Notes under the pieces: model-generated
The model's database searches: none
Seen by the model: the letters and a program-made list of their open reading frames with translations, nothing else
Told to the model about the DNA's origin: nothing
IMG/VR virus record: IMGVR_UViG_3300043570_002257
Coordinates: 56,227-120,226 of that record
Source of the DNA: a virus
Length of the DNA: 64,000 nt
Direction: 5' to 3' (one strand)
Position numbers and translations under genes: made by a program
Part shown: piece after piece, positions 1 to 8,842 of the stretch
Position numbering within the stretch: the first letter of the stretch is position 1
How the letters are laid out: every line of letters begins with the position of its first letter

Positions 1-1
1 A

Positions 2-511
2 GTATGTAACAATGGTATGATACTAAACAACAATAAGTTTGGTGCGTACAAACGCGTGCATAAAGGTGCAGCTGACCTGTTAGCTGAAGGTAAAATTGCA
101 GACTTTATCAAAGATTCTGAAGTATACTGGGAAAACCTAGTAGAACATAAGGATAAAATGAAGGATGTACTATTGACAAGCACAACTCAACATGATTTAT
201 TAGGTGAATTGTTTTTTAAACGAGATATTTTAAATACCTTGCAGCTTAATCAAATACGTTCTGAGATGAAAAAACCAAGTTTTGATTATAAGGTTGACAA
301 TGATTCTGCTTGGGCACTGTATAATCACATTACATTGTCTCTAAAAGATTCACATCCAGCAACATGGATGGACGATCAAACTATAGTACATGAGGTTTTT
401 GCCAACATGTTAGGATTAGAAACTGAAGATGCATTGACTGCAGTTTGGAGTACTTTGCAAACAGTACAAGACGCACTGGTTGAAGAATTAGTAGAAATAC
501 CTATTTTTTAA
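2..511 (+). CDS. DUF932-like phage protein, 5'-truncated by the window edge
   Basis: The frame is open from base 2 (VCNNGMILNN...). The VCxNG motif and C-terminal 'SAWALYNHIT' are typical of the DUF932 family. Confidence 0.65.
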   Translation, partial: VCNNGMILNNNKFGAYKRVHKGAADLLAEGKIADFIKDSEVYWENLVEHKDKMKDVLLTSTTQHDLLGELFFKRDILNTLQLNQIRSEMKKPSFDYKVDNDSAWALYNHITLSLKDSHPATWMDDQTIVHEVFANMLGLETEDALTAVWSTLQTVQDALVEELVEIPIF

Positions 512-524
512 AAGTTACAGCAAT

Positions 525-553
525 AGCAGGGGCCTAAAAACCCCTGTTTTATT
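525..553 (+). terminator. Intrinsic terminator
   Basis: Stem agcagggg/cccctgtt followed by a T-rich tail just after the stop at 511. Confidence 0.7.
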
Positions 554-582
554 GTTCACAATAAACTATAAACCATAAACAC

Positions 583-747
583 ATGATTGACATTATTAAA
601 GAAGCCTATTTAAAAGTCAAAGACAAAGAAACTGGCGTAAACAAAGTATTACTTCTGAGAAGATATTTAAAAATTAAATATCACCTTCAGATTTCAAGAA
701 CAAGCTTAATTAGTAGACTTAAAACCTGGAAAAAAGAAAGAATATGA
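583..747 (+). CDS. Small basic hypothetical protein (54 aa, MIDIIKEAYLKVKDK...KTWKKERI), absent from the ORF track
   Basis: ATG at 583, TGA at 745-747. It overlaps the next start as ATGA (translational coupling) and has an A-rich leader. Confidence 0.7.
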   Translation: MIDIIKEAYLKVKDKETGVNKVLLLRRYLKIKYHLQISRTSLISRLKTWKKERI

Positions 748-1421
748 CAAGATTAATTGGCATCTCTGGCAAAATAGGATCTGGTAAAGACACTTTTGCA
801 GAAATTATTAGGTTGCTTGTTACAGCACCCTTTATGACAAATGAAACCATTGAACATTATTTGAAAAACCCTAATCCTTACATCACAAAAACAGAATGGG
901 CTGTCAAAAAGTTTGCTGGTAAACTTAAAGAAGTAGCTTCTTTGCTTACAGGTATCCCTGTATACAAATTTGAAGACCAAGACTTCAAGAAAACTAATTT
1001 ACCAGAAGAATGGAACAACTGGTATCCTAACCAGGATCGCTCTGAACCTATGACAGTAAGAGAACTATTGCAAAAGCTTGGTACTGAGGCCATGAGAAAT
1101 GGTCTTCATACAAATGCTTGGGTAAACGCCACATTTGCAAACTTTAAATCTTCATCAAGATGGTTAGTTACAGATGTACGTTTTCCAAATGAGGCTACTG
1201 CCATCATAGAAAAAGGTGGTATTTTAATACGCCTTGAAAGAAATTCTGACACAGGAGATCATCCTTCTGAAACAGCACTTGACAATTATGACTTTAACAT
1301 TGTCATTAAAAACACAGGAACATTATCTGAACTTATTGATAGTGCCAGGTTACTCTGTGGTGAATTAAATTTATTAAATAACAATGAGGATTATCCTCCT
1401 CACTTTGAAGGTTTTTTTTAA
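744..1421 (+). CDS. Deoxynucleoside monophosphate kinase (T4 gp1-like)
   Basis: P-loop GKIGSGKDT, FAxKLK, RELLQKLGTE, TDVRFPNE and HPSETALD motifs. Confidence 0.9.
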   Translation: MTRLIGISGKIGSGKDTFAEIIRLLVTAPFMTNETIEHYLKNPNPYITKTEWAVKKFAGKLKEVASLLTGIPVYKFEDQDFKKTNLPEEWNNWYPNQDRSEPMTVRELLQKLGTEAMRNGLHTNAWVNATFANFKSSSRWLVTDVRFPNEATAIIEKGGILIRLERNSDTGDHPSETALDNYDFNIVIKNTGTLSELIDSARLLCGELNLLNNNEDYPPHFEGFF

Positions 1422-1433
1422 AAATATAAAATT

Positions 1434-1763
1434 ATGATAAATGAAGATAAATTGTTCCTTGTTTTAGATGAAACAGGACACAATGTAGAATACACAATTG
1501 AAATGCCTTCTGAGGAAGATGCTTACTTTATGAGAAGGTCTAGATCAGAATGTTGGTCTGAATCTGCAAGAGGCGAACTTATCCTTACAGTTTTAGACTC
1601 TGGAGAAGGTTATAGAATCAAGTGGGAAACAAAGCCAAATAAGACCCTAGATTACGCTCAAACTGTTGAGTTGACCATTATGCTCAATTTCTTAAATAAC
1701 ATGTCCAGAATGCCTAATAGGTACTCTGTTGTGAATGCTGAGTTGATTGTTGATATTGTATAA
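1434..1763 (+). CDS. Hypothetical protein
   Basis: 109-aa ORF in operon context, followed by a terminator. Confidence 0.7.
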   Translation: MINEDKLFLVLDETGHNVEYTIEMPSEEDAYFMRRSRSECWSESARGELILTVLDSGEGYRIKWETKPNKTLDYAQTVELTIMLNFLNNMSRMPNRYSVVNAELIVDIV

Positions 1764-1770
1764 ATGAAAA

Positions 1771-1788
1771 TCCCCCTGAAAAGGGGGA
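1771..1788. terminator. Bidirectional intrinsic terminator between convergent genes
   Basis: tccccct-gaaa-aggggga hairpin with A-rich and T-rich flanks. Confidence 0.75.
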
Positions 1789-1843
1789 CTTTCTAACAGA
1801 AGAAGAAACCAACTAAACTATGAAGTATAGCTTTTTTTATATT

Positions 1844-2497
1844 TTATGATAAGCTTTTCAGCATCTCAATCATTTTAGGGTGTGGATAAATGTCTACTTT
1901 ATCCTTTCTCACAGAATTGTGAGTATAAACTCCTGGTTCACCAGCCAAAGCTCTTTTACTAATGTCCCAAATGTCTTCATTATAAGATAAGGGAATTTTG
2001 TAAGTTTCTTTCCATAAAAGTAATAATTCTTTTACACTGGCAATCTGAGCATCTGTGTAGTTGTGGTAGTATTTGAATCCTTTGTAAGGTTTTTCAAGTG
2101 TACAAACTTCACTAGCAGGTACTTCTCTATTGACATAGTTAAAGTATTTACCATCTTTTAAAGTCAACTGACCCCAGTTACAGATTTCAATACCAATTGA
2201 TATCTTATCTATGCTCTGATACTTAACGCCAGCTTTTGTAAATGTGTCTTGTTTTAATCCTAGGTGATAAGCCCAGTATTTAGACCTAAAACCTTGAACA
2301 ATTTCACCATCCCTAGCTCCTATTCCTTTACCAGAAATAGAAACACATGTTCCAATCTTTTCTGAATTAGCTGCCCATCCTGCAAACACTTGTTCAGCAT
2401 TTGCGTTACCTGCAGTGTGATGCAAATAGATTTGTTTTTTTGGGTGTTCTTCTTGAAAGTATTGACTTGTTGGAAATGCAACTTGTTTTATATTCAT
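1844..2497 (-). CDS. Endolysin, N-acetylmuramoyl-L-alanine amidase (Amidase_2)
   Basis: IYLHHTAG, SIGIEICNWG, YTDAQI and THNSVRKDKVD Zn-amidase motifs. Confidence 0.9.
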   Translation of the reverse strand: MNIKQVAFPTSQYFQEEHPKKQIYLHHTAGNANAEQVFAGWAANSEKIGTCVSISGKGIGARDGEIVQGFRSKYWAYHLGLKQDTFTKAGVKYQSIDKISIGIEICNWGQLTLKDGKYFNYVNREVPASEVCTLEKPYKGFKYYHNYTDAQIASVKELLLLWKETYKIPLSYNEDIWDISKRALAGEPGVYTHNSVRKDKVDIYPHPKMIEMLKSLS

Positions 2498-2523
2498 GAC
2501 ATTTAAATTTTAGCAAGACTAGA

Positions 2524-2802
2524 CTAGTCTAAGTCATATTCTCTATTTATATTTATTAATTGTTCTGCATACTTATCTCTCTGTACAATCAGATACTCAC
2601 ATCTTTCTATTAATCTTACTCTTTCTTCCTCTGTAAGTTTAAGAATAAGAGCTTCTTTTTGGTCTATCATTTTTTTATACTCTTCTAAATTCTGAGTATA
2701 AGTACTGTTTTGATACCACAAAATTGCAACCAAAAGAATAATTGTAAAAGATTGTTCTTTTAATTTACCAAAAAATGTATCAGACATAGATTTGTTTTCC
2801 AT
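2524..2802 (-). CDS. Single-TM coiled-coil membrane protein (lysis cassette)
   Basis: TM segment FTIILLVAILWY followed by a heptad-rich region; adjacent to the amidase. Confidence 0.6.
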   Translation of the reverse strand: MENKSMSDTFFGKLKEQSFTIILLVAILWYQNSTYTQNLEEYKKMIDQKEALILKLTEEERVRLIERCEYLIVQRDKYAEQLININREYDLD

Positions 2803-3059
2803 TAGATTTGATCCTCAGATGATTTGTCTTTATTAAATGTAAACTTATCTAAACTTGTAAGACCTAAACAGCCAAACGCTAACAAAGCTACACTCTCTAC
2901 TAATATAGATGAAGGTGCAACATCAACAGAAGAAAAGCTATTATGATACATTGTAACACAAAGTGTAATAGAACACATAATTCCTACAACACGCTTAGAA
3001 CTAACTGAACCTCTTTCGTCAGTTAGCATACACTTAAGATAACCTAGTAATTTTTTCAT
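2802..3059 (-). CDS. Putative holin (two TM segments)
   Basis: 85 aa with an SSKR motif, two hydrophobic helices and a charged C-terminus; lies in the lysis cassette. Confidence 0.6.
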   Translation of the reverse strand: MKKLLGYLKCMLTDERGSVSSKRVVGIMCSITLCVTMYHNSFSSVDVAPSSILVESVALLAFGCLGLTSLDKFTFNKDKSSEDQI

Positions 3060-3655
3060 TTTAGTTTGATTTTCCAGTATGAAGAAATGCCAATATAAGG
3101 TTGCAGATTTTGTGATATGCCAGTTTGCACACCAAAAATCTGATCCTTTTTGTTTTTGTATAATAAACCTACTTGAAGATTAGCTAACTCAAGACTTTTG
3201 TTTATAGAAATTCCACCTCCTATATACAACTGCCTGCGTTGTTCTTGTTTTACATAACCTGTAACTGTAGGTATTTTGTAATTACGCAAATATGATCTTG
3301 ACTTTAATAGATTGTATTGCACTGTATCAGTTACAATAACATAACCAAGATTGTCCAATTGTAATGAATCACGATAGATATTTCTAGCTCCATAATTATT
3401 TGCAAGTTTTAAGTATTGTGATTTAAGTTTGTTATAACTACTATCTGGTACAAAAACTGTATCTCCTGGTAAAGAAATTGTATCTTTTATAAATAAAGGA
3501 ACTTTCTTAACCTCTTTTTTGATAACCTTATTCCAAACAGTATCATATACAACATTATCTTTACCTGGAACAAATACTTTTTTTGTACATGATCTTTGTA
3601 AAAAAATGATTGCTACTAATACAGCAATTACAATTAAATATATACGTTGGTTCAT
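3056..3655 (-). CDS. Putative spanin-like lysis protein
   Basis: N-terminal TM followed by Cys (LQRSC), DTV/DTI-type repeats, and amphipathic beta-strand C-terminus ending YWKIKLK. Confidence 0.5.
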   Translation of the reverse strand: MNQRIYLIVIAVLVAIIFLQRSCTKKVFVPGKDNVVYDTVWNKVIKKEVKKVPLFIKDTISLPGDTVFVPDSSYNKLKSQYLKLANNYGARNIYRDSLQLDNLGYVIVTDTVQYNLLKSRSYLRNYKIPTVTGYVKQEQRRQLYIGGGISINKSLELANLQVGLLYKNKKDQIFGVQTGISQNLQPYIGISSYWKIKLK

Positions 3656-3671
3656 TTGGTTTGTTTTTAAA

Positions 3672-3998
3672 TTAGCGTTTCTTTTTAAGAGTTAAATCAT
3701 ATCTCTCATCCTTGACAATTGCAGGACTTTTTTCTTGATTATTTGAAGGCATTGTTGGTTCTGATGAACGTTGTGGAACAAGCACATATGTCTTTAACAA
3801 CTTGACGTCATCTTCAAGCTGCTCAATTTTAACTCTATCAGCACTTTGTTGCACAAGAAGCAACTTGACATCTGATCTCATTTCTGTTATGTCTCTCCAT
3901 AACAACATACCCACAAGACCAATTAGAACAGGACTAGCCCATTCTTTAAGAATGCTAATAACCTCTGCTCTAGGGTATTCTGTTTTATTTGTACTCAT
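3672..3998 (-). CDS. Single-TM coiled-coil membrane protein (holin/antiholin-like)
   Basis: TM segment WASPVLIGLVGMLLW plus coiled coil; first gene of the lysis cassette. Confidence 0.55.
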   Translation of the reverse strand: MSTNKTEYPRAEVISILKEWASPVLIGLVGMLLWRDITEMRSDVKLLLVQQSADRVKIEQLEDDVKLLKTYVLVPQRSSEPTMPSNNQEKSPAIVKDERYDLTLKKKR

Positions 3999-4044
3999 TT
4001 TTTGTAAGAATATAATTTTCTATAAGATAATTTATACCCCTACC

Positions 4045-4067
4045 TCTCTCTTATATAATATACAGAA
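4045..4067 (-). promoter_or_regulatory. Candidate phage late promoter motif (TTCTGTATATTATATAAGAGAG)
   Basis: A similar motif recurs upstream of other - strand units at about 10039-10060, 25385-25402 and 53535-53555. Confidence 0.45.
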
Positions 4068-4339
4068 TAATTTACAAATCACAAAAGAATCTCAAATTAA
4101 TATGTCAATTTTCAAATATTTTTACCATCTTTGTAGCTTATGAAAAATCAAAATAACATTAAAACTTAACACTCTTATTTTTGGTAAAGAAGGGTGATTT
4201 TTGTATCTTATCTAAGTGAAGTCAAAATATGATTTCATTAGACACAACCTGGGAAGTAATAACTTTGCCAGGTTTTTTTGCCAATATCAATTGGTATTCA
4301 GTAAACTAACATAATAATTAACAATAAATACAAACATCT

Positions 4340-5314
4340 ATGGGTATCTTTGACAAAAGAGTGGCTTTTAAGCCTTATGAGTATCCTGAAATTATCAAAT
4401 TCAGGGATGCCATAAAACACAGTCGTTGGGATGTGGAAGAGTTCAATTTTGACTCTGATGCATTTGACTTTAAACACAAACTAAGTCCTCATGAAAAGGA
4501 GGCAATCAAAAGAACACTTTTGGCAATTTCACAGATAGAAGTATCTGTTAAAACATTCTGGGCAAAACTTGGTGAGCATATTCCAAAACCAGAATTTAAC
4601 TCAGTAGGAATCACGTTTGCAGAAAATGAAGTTGTACACTCTGAAGCATATAGCAAGTTGCTAGAAGTTTTAGGATTAAACAATGAATTTGATATGCTAT
4701 TGCAAAATCCAGTTATTGGAGGACGCGTTGATTACTTGACAAAATATCTCAAGAACAGTGGAGAAAATGCTAAGCAGGTATATACTTTAAACCTTGCTTT
4801 ATTCTCTATGTTTATTGAGAACGTATCACTGTTTAGTCAGTTTGCAATTGTAAAATCTTTTATTGAAAAAAAGAACATGTTGAAAGAAGTAGACACTGTT
4901 ATTGAAGCTACAATGAAAGAAGAAATTATACACGCACAACTTGGCATGCATGTTATCAATCTTATTAAAAAAGAATATCCAGAATGGTTTGGAGAAGATT
5001 TTTATGACAAAATCTACAGGGCTTGTAAAAAAGCATTTGAAGCAGAAGTAAAAATCATTGACTGGATATTTGAAGAAGGTGAGATTGACAGCATTTCTAA
5101 AGAAGCTGTTATTGAATTTATTAAATCAAGATTTAATGATTCATTAATTGCTATTGGTGGTAAAGAACTTTTTGAAGTTAATCAAGAAAAACTTGCAGAA
5201 CTTTATTGGATGGTTGAGGCTATCTATGGTTATGTAAGAAATGACTTTTTTAATACACAAGGAACTAACTACACTAAATTTCAAAAATCTATAACAAGTA
5301 AAGACTTATTTTAA
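4340..5314 (+). CDS. nrdB: Ribonucleotide reductase beta subunit, class Id-like (Flavobacteriia type)
   Basis: Ferritin-like ligands QIEVSVK, ENEVVHSEAY, IENVSLFSQF and KEEIIH, with C-terminal DFF...YTK...DLF. Confidence 0.92.
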   Translation: MGIFDKRVAFKPYEYPEIIKFRDAIKHSRWDVEEFNFDSDAFDFKHKLSPHEKEAIKRTLLAISQIEVSVKTFWAKLGEHIPKPEFNSVGITFAENEVVHSEAYSKLLEVLGLNNEFDMLLQNPVIGGRVDYLTKYLKNSGENAKQVYTLNLALFSMFIENVSLFSQFAIVKSFIEKKNMLKEVDTVIEATMKEEIIHAQLGMHVINLIKKEYPEWFGEDFYDKIYRACKKAFEAEVKIIDWIFEEGEIDSISKEAVIEFIKSRFNDSLIAIGGKELFEVNQEKLAELYWMVEAIYGYVRNDFFNTQGTNYTKFQKSITSKDLF

Positions 5315-5315
5315 A

Positions 5316-6968
5316 ATGACAAAAATGGACTGGTACACACCCCTCAGTGAAGAATTCATGGGAAGAGGGTATTTTCACAACAATGAATCTATTGAAGATA
5401 GAATTAACTCTATTGCTAACTTAGTTGGTAATACATTTAAAGACGAAGAAGTAAAAGACAAAGTAAAAGATTACATTGAAAAAGGTTACTACGTTCTTCC
5501 ATCACCTGTATGGAGCAATGTAGGTACTGGTCGTGGTTCTGGTATCTCTTGTTTTAACACACATGTTAGTGACAGTATTGAGTCTATTGTAAGGGCTAAT
5601 GCTGAAGTTGGTATGCTGTGTAAAATAGGAGGAGGAACATCTGGTTACTTTGGTGAATTACGTCCAGCAGGTAGTGCTGTCTCAACAGGTGGTGAAACCT
5701 ATGGAGCTGTGCACTTTATGCAAATGTTTGACACAACAAAGAATGTAATTTCTCAAGGCAATGTTAGACGTGGTGAATTTGCTGCGTACTTAGACATTGA
5801 CCATGGTGATATTAAAGATTTCTTGAGAGTAAATGGTGAGGGCCACAACCTTCAACGTTTTCCTTTTGGTGTTTGTGTTTCTGACAAATGGCTTGAAGAG
5901 ATGAAAGCTGGCGATATGGAAAAGCGTGAACTTTGGGCCATGGTGATTGACAGCAGAAACAGAACAGGTTTTCCTTACATCTTTTACACTGATAATGTAA
6001 ACAATGGAACTGTTGATGTTTATAAAGATAGCAAGTCTGTTATAAATTCTTCTAACATGTGTACAGAGATATTACTTCCTTCTACAGAGGAAGAATCCTT
6101 TGTATGTGACTTAGTAGGTATGAACCTTGTAAAGTTTGATGAGTGGAAGGATACAGACGCTGTACGCATTGCTGTTTATATTGCAGATGCTGTTCTTACA
6201 GAGTTTATAAACAAGTACAGAGACATGCCTTTTATTAGTAGAGCTATACGCTTTGCAGAAAGACATAGAGCTATTGGCATTGGTGCATCTGGTTATCATT
6301 CTTACTTACAAAGTAAGATGATTCCTTTTGAGTCTATGCAATCTAAACTTGTAAATACACTCATGTTTAAAACAATTCAAGAGCAAGCATGGGCAGCAAG
6401 CCGTGACATGGCGTCACGCTATGGTAAACCTGCAGTTCTTGCTTCTGACAAATATGATAGACGTCATACTACTCTTACTGCAATAGCTCCAAACACATCT
6501 TCTTCTTTTATTATGGGACAGCAGTCTCAAAGTATAGAACCTTACACTAGTAACTACTATATTAAAAAGACTGCAAAGGTTAAGCATTCTGTAAAGAACC
6601 CTTATCTTAAAACTCTTTTAGAAGAAAAAAACCAGGATACTTTTGAAGTTTGGCAATCAATACTTCAGAATGCAGGTAGTGTTCAACACTTATCTTTCTT
6701 GTCAGAAGATGAGAAACTTGTTTTCAGAACCTTTATGGAAATTTCCCAGATGGAGATTATTATTCAAGCGTCTACACGTCAGAAGTATGTTGACCAAGGA
6801 CAGTCTTTGAATCTTATGGTTCATCCTCAAACGCCAACAAAAGATATTAATACTTTGTTATTGAAAGCCCATGAACTTGGCATCAAAACATTGTACTATC
6901 AATTGGGGCAAAACGCTGCTCAAGAATTTGCTAGAGATATTCTTTCTTGTGAATCTTGTGCAGGATAA
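5316..6968 (+). CDS. nrdA: Ribonucleotide reductase alpha subunit, short and lacking an ATP cone
   Basis: ISCF, SNMCTEI (thiyl Cys), FVCDL, APNTSSS, DQGQSLNL, KTLYY and C-terminal CESC. Confidence 0.95.
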   Translation: MTKMDWYTPLSEEFMGRGYFHNNESIEDRINSIANLVGNTFKDEEVKDKVKDYIEKGYYVLPSPVWSNVGTGRGSGISCFNTHVSDSIESIVRANAEVGMLCKIGGGTSGYFGELRPAGSAVSTGGETYGAVHFMQMFDTTKNVISQGNVRRGEFAAYLDIDHGDIKDFLRVNGEGHNLQRFPFGVCVSDKWLEEMKAGDMEKRELWAMVIDSRNRTGFPYIFYTDNVNNGTVDVYKDSKSVINSSNMCTEILLPSTEEESFVCDLVGMNLVKFDEWKDTDAVRIAVYIADAVLTEFINKYRDMPFISRAIRFAERHRAIGIGASGYHSYLQSKMIPFESMQSKLVNTLMFKTIQEQAWAASRDMASRYGKPAVLASDKYDRRHTTLTAIAPNTSSSFIMGQQSQSIEPYTSNYYIKKTAKVKHSVKNPYLKTLLEEKNQDTFEVWQSILQNAGSVQHLSFLSEDEKLVFRTFMEISQMEIIIQASTRQKYVDQGQSLNLMVHPQTPTKDINTLLLKAHELGIKTLYYQLGQNAAQEFARDILSCESCAG

Positions 6969-6977
6969 TTAACTTTG
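6946..6977 (+). promoter_or_regulatory. Bacteroidota sigma-A-like promoter
   Basis: -7 element TAACTTTG at 6970-6977, with (C)TTG 20 nt upstream; lies just before the ORF at 6996. Confidence 0.5.
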
Positions 6978-6995
6978 TAACGTAAAACCAACAAC

Positions 6996-7619
6996 ATGAA
7001 AGATCTATATGATTACTTAGTGAAGAACAAGGTAAGTCCTAATGGATTGTTTGTATTACATTGCACCTTTAACAATTACATGTATCCATCCTATGTAAAT
7101 TTCAAGACGGAACAATACCGTCTTGAAACTACAGGACATCTTGTAAAAGAAAGTACAGGTGTAAATGATATTTACAAAATAACCCTAACAGGAGAACACC
7201 TTTTAAAAGAGTGTGAACACATTCTAAACAAAGCAAAACGTGCTAAGAAAAATCCAATTGCTCTTGCTGAATGGGATGATAAGATTGCAGAATACAATCT
7301 ATTATTTCCAGCAGGTAAGAAGTCTGGTACAAGTTTAGCATTCCGTACAAATCCTAAAGAACTTGTTGCTGCATTTGTGTGGTTTTTTAAAGAATATCCT
7401 GAGTATACTTGGGAAGATGTCTTTACTGCAACTACCAGATATGTGGAACCATTTGAAGAATCTTCAGATTACACATACATGCAAACATCAAGATACTTTA
7501 TTAAAAAAGATGACAAGAGTAAAAATACAATTTCAACACTTGCAGGAATATGTTATAACATATCTCAAGGAAATGATGAAGATGTAAAAGAATCTGGTTA
7601 TCATTATTTTGGCCCTTAA
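6996..7619 (+). CDS. Hypothetical phage protein, possibly DNA-binding or replication related
   Basis: 207-aa ORF. A winged-helix-like N-half (YKITLTGEHLL) is inferred only. Confidence 0.65.
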   Translation: MKDLYDYLVKNKVSPNGLFVLHCTFNNYMYPSYVNFKTEQYRLETTGHLVKESTGVNDIYKITLTGEHLLKECEHILNKAKRAKKNPIALAEWDDKIAEYNLLFPAGKKSGTSLAFRTNPKELVAAFVWFFKEYPEYTWEDVFTATTRYVEPFEESSDYTYMQTSRYFIKKDDKSKNTISTLAGICYNISQGNDEDVKESGYHYFGP

Positions 7620-8025
7620 ACTTAACACATTGGTAAAAGCAATTAAAATCAACGCAAAGAGTAGATGCATTGAGATTGTGGATTTAGGTCCACAACTCAG
7701 TGACATTTATGAGTTACTTGAATGTAACATTATGACTGTTGCATATCCGCAGACAGTAGAACCTACATCAGATGTTATCTATGTAGATGATGAAGGTTTA
7801 TTTAAACCTCTTGACAAAATTCCTGGAGCATTCTTTATAGATATGTATCCAGCACAACCATTATTTGGACATGCTCTTATAGTAGGTACAGATGATGAAG
7901 GACGTAATGCTGATGTAAACATTACAGTTGAACAAGTTTCTGATATGATTCAATTTCTTGATGAAGAAGAAATAAAACTCTATCAAGAACATCTAACTCA
8001 ATCACCTCAAATATTTAATTTCTAA
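7609..8025 (+). CDS. DUF3846-like protein
   Basis: IYVDDEGL and LFGHALIVGTDDEG motifs. Confidence 0.65.
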   Translation: MALKLNTLVKAIKINAKSRCIEIVDLGPQLSDIYELLECNIMTVAYPQTVEPTSDVIYVDDEGLFKPLDKIPGAFFIDMYPAQPLFGHALIVGTDDEGRNADVNITVEQVSDMIQFLDEEEIKLYQEHLTQSPQIFNF

Positions 8026-8783
8026 TGAAAAACAAAGTAGAATTACTAGGATATTATGGAAATGATCTAGTTCATGCACAATCTGCATGGACTAGTACCT
8101 CCAGAGAATTATCAGAAGACAAGTTAGCAAGAGTAGGTACATTACTTGACATGCTTGCTATAGAAGGACATCACACTCCTTTTGAAAAATCAAGTTTACA
8201 TTTTCTTGTAACAGTAGATCAAGCAACACACATTCATTTATTAAAACATCGCATTGGTGTTTCTATTAATGGTGAGTCTGCTAGATATAAAGAGTTAAAA
8301 GAAGATAAGATGTATATTCCTGAAGACTGGAAAACTATAAACAGATTTCCAAAGATTGTCACTGAAGAAGACGATGAAAATGATGTAGAGTATGAAGAAA
8401 CTGCACTTTATAATGCAAACTTTGATGGTAATGCTCTTCAGATTCTTTTAGAAGACTGTGACAATAAAGGTCAAAACTGGAGTGATATACTTGAAATTTA
8501 TGCAGAACTTGGCAATGCATTATACCATGCAGCACTAAAAGATCTTACACCTGTACTGGGACGTAAACGTGCAAAAGAGTCAGCTAGATTCTTTAAAACA
8601 ATGAATAGTCAAATTACTATGGATGTAATGTTTAACTGGAGAAGCTTTGCACATTTCTTAAAACTTCGTAACTCTGAGCATGCTCAAAAAGAAGTTAGAG
8701 AATTAGCACAGCAAATGTTAGAATTAGTAGAAGAGATTCCTGGTAATCCTTTTCAGAAAAGCATTAAAGCTTTTGACTTGTAA
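8025..8783 (+). CDS. thyX: FAD-dependent thymidylate synthase
   Basis: HHTPFE, KHRx8SAR, KESARFF, NWRSFAHFLKLR and HAQKEVR motifs. Confidence 0.92.
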   Translation: MKNKVELLGYYGNDLVHAQSAWTSTSRELSEDKLARVGTLLDMLAIEGHHTPFEKSSLHFLVTVDQATHIHLLKHRIGVSINGESARYKELKEDKMYIPEDWKTINRFPKIVTEEDDENDVEYEETALYNANFDGNALQILLEDCDNKGQNWSDILEIYAELGNALYHAALKDLTPVLGRKRAKESARFFKTMNSQITMDVMFNWRSFAHFLKLRNSEHAQKEVRELAQQMLELVEEIPGNPFQKSIKAFDL

Positions 8784-8784
8784 T

Positions 8785-8820
8785 AAAAAAAGGGCCTTGC
8801 AAAACAGGGCCCTTTTCTTT
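8785..8820. terminator. Bidirectional terminator at the junction of the + and - strand blocks
   Basis: A-run, then agggcc...ggccct stem, then T-run. Confidence 0.8.
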
Positions 8821-8842
8821 AATACGTTAAATAAATTTACTG

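Noticed and set aside
3802-4143. 113-aa + strand ORF and the many other short antisense or alternate-frame ORFs in the track
   Set aside because: They are shadows of long genes with S/F/I/L-biased composition and no recognisable motifs. Only 59762-59983 was kept, because of its compositional anomaly.
4240-4280. Cobalamin riboswitch upstream of RNR (ctgggaag)
   Set aside because: Only a short match; the other conserved elements and the required length are missing.
4340-6968. Introns or inteins in the RNR genes (also considered for RNAP)
   Set aside because: Both RNR subunits are contiguous and of minimal length. No intein C...HN-C/S/T boundaries or LAGLIDADG/HNH motifs were noticed.
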